Source: Thermoproteota archaeon (GTDB lineage Archaea > Korarchaeota > Korarchaeia > Korarchaeales > JAOZGB01). From it: a DNA stretch of 64,000 nucleotides. This document shows, in pieces, positions 58,567 to 64,000 of this stretch (positions are counted from its first letter, which is position 1; each line of letters starts with the position of its first letter). The DNA is taken from the NCBI GenBank assembly GCA_037917685.1, contig JAVCBU010000016.1, positions 1 to 64,000 on the forward strand. Reading direction: 5' to 3'. Made by a program: the position numbers and the translations under genes. Under the pieces are notes generated by a model. The model was given only the letters and a program-made list of their open reading frames with translations. It made no database searches and was not told where the DNA came from.

Positions 58567-59055
58567 ATGAGCAAAATAGTGGACGCGAAAGAAAGACTTA
58601 TAGAAGCCTTCGGCAGAGTCTTCAAAGAATGGGGATTCGGATTCACATCTGGAGTAATATTTGGAACATTATACCTCTCAGAAAAGCCATTGACAATGGA
58701 TGAAATAGCAGGTGAAACAGGCTACAGTCTCACATCGGTACACAACTCCCTTAGAATACTGTTAAGACTCGGCCTCATCACCAGGCGTAGAATCGCAGGC
58801 CTTAGAAAAGCAAAATTTAAACCTATAGAGAGCGAGAGACATCTGATCTCCCTATTCATGAACAAGGTGAAGGAGAACATTAAAATAATGATCTCAGCAA
58901 CCGAGTACACTATTAACCTCCTCAAAAACGATGACAGCGAAATTGGAAGATTCTGCCTTAAAAGGGCTGAGCGGCTGAACAGGTTCTACAGATTCCTTTC
59001 CCAGAAGGTGGATGAAGCTGAGAGAAGTATGGAGGTGGACAAGATTGAATGGTAA
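58567..59055 (+). CDS. GbsR/MarR-family transcriptional regulator
   Basis: WGF...GVIFGTLYLSEKPLTMDEIA...S. Confidence 0.87.
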   Translation: MSKIVDAKERLIEAFGRVFKEWGFGFTSGVIFGTLYLSEKPLTMDEIAGETGYSLTSVHNSLRILLRLGLITRRRIAGLRKAKFKPIESERHLISLFMNKVKENIKIMISATEYTINLLKNDDSEIGRFCLKRAERLNRFYRFLSQKVDEAERSMEVDKIEW

Positions 59056-60859
59056 ACGGGTAATTTCTGCTACAATACTGTTAGTATTGCTGGTTCTACC
59101 CATACCAACCCTAGTTTCATCAGGGTTAAGCGTATACGATGTCTACTGGGAAACCCCCGGCTATACGGCATATCCAGGTCAGACTGCACCTCTAAAAGTT
59201 ATCCTGATAAACTCTGAGTTCTACCTAGCCCAGATAAAAGCGGTACTAGAGCTTAATGGTGTCCCGATAAGTGCCGTAGACGGGTCTAAAACCGCCACTG
59301 GGATTACACCTAGGAACGTAACGCCCGGTCAGCCTTTCCAGATAACCTTCATGTTGAGGATTGATGAGAAGGCCCAGGAAGGGGTGTACAATGTAAACTT
59401 GAAGGTAGAATACCTTTATTACAGGTTGAGAGGTAAAAACTCAGGTAAAGGTAAAGACGAATTTGTACTTCCAGTCAGGATCGGGCTAAGCCAGGGAGTT
59501 TTAACGGTATCTTACTATTCAAAGCCGGGAAGACCAGGTGACACAGCAGCAATAATAGTGACGATGGAGAACAGGGGAAATCTGCCTGTCTACTCCCTAA
59601 GGGTGTCGGCATATCCCCTCTCCCCCGTCGCTGAGGTTGATCTAAGCCAGCTTATGGGCACTGAAACCGAGGAGTCAGGCCCACCAGTAGGACTCTACGG
59701 GGGGCAAAGCTTCTACTATGAGATGCTTGACCCTGGAAAGTTTGTAAGCTTTCCACTACTATTTCACATCGCTGAAACAGCAGCCCCAGGAGCTTACCCG
59801 GTTCACATCTCAGTAAGCTACATAAGAGAAAGGGGAGACCAGGTCAAGGAAGCATACAAGGCATATGTAATCGTCCTCTCACCATACGAAAAACCAGGCA
59901 AGCTGCCCGCACCAAAAGCGTACATATCAGTAGTAGGCGTAGAGCTAAGCCCTAATCCAGCTTTCACCGGCGAGCCGGTAAACCTCACTATCACATTATC
60001 CAACGAAGGAGGCACCGACGCCCTAAATACATATTTAAACCTTATGATAATCCCAGAGGAAGAGCAACAACAGGAGATGGTTGAAGTAGTGCCTGGAGTA
60101 TCTATACCCACAACTACAACAAGCGAAACGAAACCTGTTGAATCACCGTTCGTGCCCTATGAATCCTCAAACAGGCTTTACATTGGAAGAATAAACACAG
60201 GCACCACACTCAACATTAGTTTCACCCTTGTCGTCAAGCCTGACGCTGAACCTAACGTATACCTGCTGCCTTTCAAGCTTGAATACGCCGACCCCATGGG
60301 TAACAAATACGAAGAAATGCACTACATCGGGGTCTACGTTGTAAGAAGAAGCATGGTTAGAGTTTACGACATCGAAACAACTCCAACGCCATTAGCAGTC
60401 GGGGAGGCCGGAGAGATTTCTGGAACAGTTGCTAACATAGGCCTAAGCGATGTTAAAGCGGTGAGCATATCAATTCCGCAGGGACAGCCAGTAACAGCCC
60501 TGACACCCACATATATCGGCGACATAACCGCCGGGCAGGCCGGCGACTTCGTACTACCAGTATCAGTAGGCCCTGTAGAGCCTGGGCTTTACAACATTAC
60601 AATCGTTGTCTCATACATGGATAGTCTAGGCGTAACACATGAAGAGACACTATCAATCCCTATAAAGGTTTCAAAATCTAAATCTACAGGTAGCGAGGGA
60701 GAGGAAGGCTTCAAATTCTCGTATAAATTGGTGATTTCAATCTCAGCCCTAGTTATAGGACTATTACTGGCTCTATCTTTCCTAAAGGGTAGGGAAAGTA
60801 TTAGAACCCCACACTACGAGCCGAAGATTGATATTTCAAGCCTGGAGGGAGAGAAGTGA
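59012..60859 (+). CDS. COG1361-like S-layer/CARDB-domain membrane-anchored protein (start probably TTG 59045)
   Basis: Signal peptide, repeated Ig-like NxG motifs, YIGDI, C-terminal TM helix. Confidence 0.82.
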   Translation: MKLREVWRWTRLNGKRVISATILLVLLVLPIPTLVSSGLSVYDVYWETPGYTAYPGQTAPLKVILINSEFYLAQIKAVLELNGVPISAVDGSKTATGITPRNVTPGQPFQITFMLRIDEKAQEGVYNVNLKVEYLYYRLRGKNSGKGKDEFVLPVRIGLSQGVLTVSYYSKPGRPGDTAAIIVTMENRGNLPVYSLRVSAYPLSPVAEVDLSQLMGTETEESGPPVGLYGGQSFYYEMLDPGKFVSFPLLFHIAETAAPGAYPVHISVSYIRERGDQVKEAYKAYVIVLSPYEKPGKLPAPKAYISVVGVELSPNPAFTGEPVNLTITLSNEGGTDALNTYLNLMIIPEEEQQQEMVEVVPGVSIPTTTTSETKPVESPFVPYESSNRLYIGRINTGTTLNISFTLVVKPDAEPNVYLLPFKLEYADPMGNKYEEMHYIGVYVVRRSMVRVYDIETTPTPLAVGEAGEISGTVANIGLSDVKAVSISIPQGQPVTALTPTYIGDITAGQAGDFVLPVSVGPVEPGLYNITIVVSYMDSLGVTHEETLSIPIKVSKSKSTGSEGEEGFKFSYKLVISISALVIGLLLALSFLKGRESIRTPHYEPKIDISSLEGEK

Positions 60860-62022
60860 GCATCTACATGGTGTCAAGGCGGGAAATCCTGGAGAGGAAA
60901 AGCAGAAGCATGCTTACAATCCTAGGAATAGCTGTTGGTGTAGCTACGATAGTAGCCCTCCTATCCATAGGGTTCGGGATGCAGGAGCAGGTAAGAGAGT
61001 CACTAGACAAGATCCTGGGGGCGGGATTCATCGTGATAAACGAGAACCAACTCATATTTTCAACAGGCGGACAGATGGATGCAAGCCTTGCAAGGGAGAT
61101 CAACAGGATAGAAGGCGTAGACGCGGCGGTTCCAATCCTTACAGAACACGTTTACATCCCTGAATACAGTATTCTCCCAATAAGTGTTATGGGGGTAGAT
61201 CCAAAAGAGGCGGATAAGATATCTAATGTAGAGCTTGCCTCTGGCAGGGACTGGCTTCCAAAGGATGAAGGTAAACTTTCTGCAGTGGTAGGCTACAGCA
61301 TAGCTGATGCACTAAACCTAGAGCCTGGGGACACCTTAAAGGTGAGACTTGATGTCGAAGGGGAGAAATACGTGACCTTTAAGGTAACAGCTATAGCAAA
61401 ACCAACAGGCTTCGGTGACCAGGATCAGACAATATACCTGCCATACAGCTCTGTGGAAAAACTCTACGAAGAATACGGAGAAGCTACAATGATACTTGTG
61501 AAGCTTAAGAATGAAAAGTACGCTGACTACGTAAAGGCTCAGATTGAGAAAAAGTTTAAAGGTCTAAGGGTTGTCGAGAAGAAATTCCTAATGGAAGGGG
61601 TAAGCCAGATAATGGGTACAATAAACAGTGTACTTCTAGGGCTCGGAGCCATATCCTTGCTTGTAGGGGGGCTTGGTGTGATGAACACGATCATGACCTC
61701 AGTGCTTGAGAGAACAAGGCAAATCGGAATCCTAAAGGCTATCGGGGCAAGCAGAAAGAAGATCCTAGCAATGTTCCTCTTTGAAAGCGTCCTCTTAGGC
61801 ATGTTAGGTGGAGCCATAGGTTGTGTTGGAGGAATAGTGATGACGAAGATAGCCTCAATGATAATATTCAAGTGGACCGGCATATTTCTACCATTCAAGC
61901 TATACAGCTGGGTTTTCATCTTCGCCTCGGGGGTCTCGATACTTGTGAGCATCGGGGCAGGATTATACCCTTCATATAGAGCTTCAAATCTCAGACCAGT
62001 GGAGGCGCTCCGCTATGAGTAG
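60856..62022 (+). CDS. MacB/FtsX-type ABC permease
   Basis: RSMLTILGIAVG, SVLERTRQIGILKAIGA, YPSYRAS...PVEALRYE. Confidence 0.95.
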   Translation: MSIYMVSRREILERKSRSMLTILGIAVGVATIVALLSIGFGMQEQVRESLDKILGAGFIVINENQLIFSTGGQMDASLAREINRIEGVDAAVPILTEHVYIPEYSILPISVMGVDPKEADKISNVELASGRDWLPKDEGKLSAVVGYSIADALNLEPGDTLKVRLDVEGEKYVTFKVTAIAKPTGFGDQDQTIYLPYSSVEKLYEEYGEATMILVKLKNEKYADYVKAQIEKKFKGLRVVEKKFLMEGVSQIMGTINSVLLGLGAISLLVGGLGVMNTIMTSVLERTRQIGILKAIGASRKKILAMFLFESVLLGMLGGAIGCVGGIVMTKIASMIIFKWTGIFLPFKLYSWVFIFASGVSILVSIGAGLYPSYRASNLRPVEALRYE

Positions 62023-62716
62023 GCCAGCCGTTGAACTAAGAAAAGTATACAAAGTCTACTTGCTAGGAAAGGTTAAAGTCGTAGCCCTAAGGAACATAAA
62101 CCTCAAAATAATGCCTGGAGAGTTCGTAGCCATTATGGGGGTGTCAGGCAGCGGGAAAACCACACTCCTAAACATAATAGGAGGCATTGATAGGCCGACA
62201 TATGGGGATGTGCTAATAGACGGAGTCAATACAATATATCTTAGCGAGGACGAGCTTGCAAGCCTCAGGGCGAAGAAGATAGGATTTGTCTTCCAGTTCT
62301 TCAACCTTATACCTGTCCTGAACGCTCTTGAAAATGTGATGCTTCCAATGAGCTTCAACGGGGGCCTTTCGAAAGCCGAGATGCGGGCTAGGGCTAAGAT
62401 GTTGCTAAACCTTGTAGGGCTTGGTGACAGGCTGTACCACAAGCCGACAGAGCTTAGTGGTGGGCAAAGCCAGAGAGTAGCGATTGCAAGGGCCCTAGCC
62501 AACAACCCTGCAATAGTCCTCGCAGACGAACCAACTGGAAACCTAGACTCCAAGTCAGGCAAGGAGATAATGAATCTTATGAAGAAGCTTAACAAGGAGC
62601 GAGGCCAAACCTTCATCGTTGTAACCCATGACCTTGAAGTTGCCAGCTACGCAGAAAGGATAATAAGGGTTAGGGATGGGAGAATAATCGAGGATAAAAG
62701 GAATATTAAAAGATGA
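62015..62716 (+). CDS. LolD/MacB-type ABC ATPase
   Basis: GVSGSGKT, LSGGQ, ADEPTGNLD, VTHD. Confidence 0.96.
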   Translation: MSRPAVELRKVYKVYLLGKVKVVALRNINLKIMPGEFVAIMGVSGSGKTTLLNIIGGIDRPTYGDVLIDGVNTIYLSEDELASLRAKKIGFVFQFFNLIPVLNALENVMLPMSFNGGLSKAEMRARAKMLLNLVGLGDRLYHKPTELSGGQSQRVAIARALANNPAIVLADEPTGNLDSKSGKEIMNLMKKLNKERGQTFIVVTHDLEVASYAERIIRVRDGRIIEDKRNIKR

Positions 62717-62749
62717 AAGCTTAAGGCTGAAACCCTGTAGTTTTAAACT

Positions 62750-64000
62750 GTGAAGGTACCCCTACCCCTGTTTTTAATCCTTCTCCTATACCCCATAATC
62801 CCCACGAATCAGGCTTTAACTGTTTCCTACGGCGGCTTCGAAGTTACCTTTACAAGGCAGGGGGCTGTAGAAAGCATTAAGTGTAACGGTACAGAGCTAC
62901 TAACAAATGTAGGCATTGGTATATGGGGTCCTGGCTGGTCCAGCTTCCACCATCAGGCGTGGATGGACGGCGACTCCTGGCTTGAGGATAAAGGAGAACT
63001 AAAAATACTACACTCAACCTTCAACTTTAGGGATGGAGGACTATACCTCGAGGGAACAGCAGATATAGAAGTGTGGAAGCATGGAATAATATTCTTTAAT
63101 GTTTCCGTAAGCTATTCAAAGAATGCAGAGTCGGTTGCATGGGGAGGGTGGGGGCTACCCACAGGCCTCTATAGGGGGCTAAATATCCACATCTACAATG
63201 TTACTTACGGACCCTACATAGTCGAACTCCCTTATAGCCTGACCACCCCCTATATCTGCTACGACGAGTCTGCAGTACAGTTTAGCCTGAAATACGGGGA
63301 TATAGAAGTCTCAGTTGTCCAGCTTAACCTTACACTACCACCACTAAGCATCGACGATGAAAGAGCCTGGGGAGGATCAGAGTATGGGTTTAAGTGGCAT
63401 ATAGGCGGTAAGGCTTCTGGTGAACGGTTCTCTACACGATGGAAAGCCAAGTTCGAAGCAGCCATACTTGTCGGCAGCGACGCAGCCAGCAAGTCCGAGG
63501 TTCTAAGGCTGTACAGAACTCTAAACATGATCTCTCACGCCTGGCCTGAGCTTAGGGACGAATGTGAACAGATGCGCACCAGCATAGCTAGGGGGAAACT
63601 TCAGGATGCTCGTACCATCTTTAACCTGAGTATTGAGAACATTAGAAAAGCCAGGACTACCCCCAGGGGATACTGCTTTTCGAAGCTTAGATCCGATGAT
63701 GGAAAAATCGTTGAGGAGGACGGTACACCCATAATTCTAAGAGGCATCGACTATTCAGGGCTGGAATGGGGTTTTTTGCACCAGTCACCCGGAGACTTTT
63801 CATGGATGGCCTCTAAGGGCTTTAACGTCCTTAGGCTTCCAGTTTCGATGGGATACCTTATACCTGAGAAGGGGCGTGTAAATAGGGACTATCTAAACCA
63901 TGTCATAACAGTTTTCTACTGGGCGAAAGCCTACGGCCTATACATTGTTCTAGATATACATCAGTGGAGATGGAGCCCAGCATACGGTGGCTGTGGGCTT
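62750..64000 (+). CDS. Secreted glycoside hydrolase family 5 protein with a long N-terminal domain (partial, runs off the window end)
   Basis: Manual translation from GTG 62750 is open to the end: signal peptide, then IILRGIDYSG, GFNVLRLPVS, YGLYIVLDIHQ (GH5, endoglycoceramidase-like). Not in the ORF track. Confidence 0.85.
   Translation, partial: MKVPLPLFLILLLYPIIPTNQALTVSYGGFEVTFTRQGAVESIKCNGTELLTNVGIGIWGPGWSSFHHQAWMDGDSWLEDKGELKILHSTFNFRDGGLYLEGTADIEVWKHGIIFFNVSVSYSKNAESVAWGGWGLPTGLYRGLNIHIYNVTYGPYIVELPYSLTTPYICYDESAVQFSLKYGDIEVSVVQLNLTLPPLSIDDERAWGGSEYGFKWHIGGKASGERFSTRWKAKFEAAILVGSDAASKSEVLRLYRTLNMISHAWPELRDECEQMRTSIARGKLQDARTIFNLSIENIRKARTTPRGYCFSKLRSDDGKIVEEDGTPIILRGIDYSGLEWGFLHQSPGDFSWMASKGFNVLRLPVSMGYLIPEKGRVNRDYLNHVITVFYWAKAYGLYIVLDIHQWRWSPAYGGCGL

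Noticed and set aside
1-64000. Genome-wide TAG reassignment (pyrrolysine code) or selenocysteine
   Set aside because: Many clearly complete genes end in TAG (for example the molybdoenzyme A and B subunits, tatC, cysD), and I saw no in-frame TGA at a Cys position.
1-64000. CRISPR array, tRNA/rRNA, transposase or integrase
   Set aside because: No repeat-spacer periodicity, RNA-gene signature or recombinase motif was seen by eye. Small ncRNAs could have been missed.

Overview
Archaeal chromosomal DNA from a probably thermophilic anaerobe. The gene content (archaeal CdhABCDE, Mer, single-domain KaiC, FtsZ) fits a TACK or Bathyarchaeia-like lineage, but taxonomy cannot be fixed from this window. 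In order, it holds: (i) a decayed patch with a frameshifted AAA ATPase and an Lrp gene with one in-frame TAG; (ii) a Tat-exported Psr/Phs-like molybdoenzyme ABC operon with polyferredoxin, TorD chaperone, ArsR and TatC; (iii) a surface-glycan/sulfation island with a flippase, four pseudogenes, bacterial-type cysDN, two small ribbon-helix-helix proteins and an AlkP-superfamily enzyme; (iv) deoC and surface proteins; (v) an acyl-CoA module (acyl-CoA dehydrogenase, DUF35, thiolase-like protein lacking the catalytic Cys, CoA-transferase); (vi) a complete ACDS/Wood-Ljungdahl carbonyl-branch locus with a corrinoid reactivator, CooT and two CooC, back-to-back with a MesC-like methionine synthase and mer; (vii) a fused ABC permease, KaiC, MDH, FtsZ, an ABC exporter module and a truncated GH5 gene. 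The best candidate for an undescribed system is a shared C-terminal (R/K)L(R/K)xLGY tail on CysD and both adjacent RHH proteins, together with a palindromic operator in front of cysDN. I saw no rRNA, tRNA, CRISPR array or transposase. All calls come from reading motifs by eye; no searches were run.
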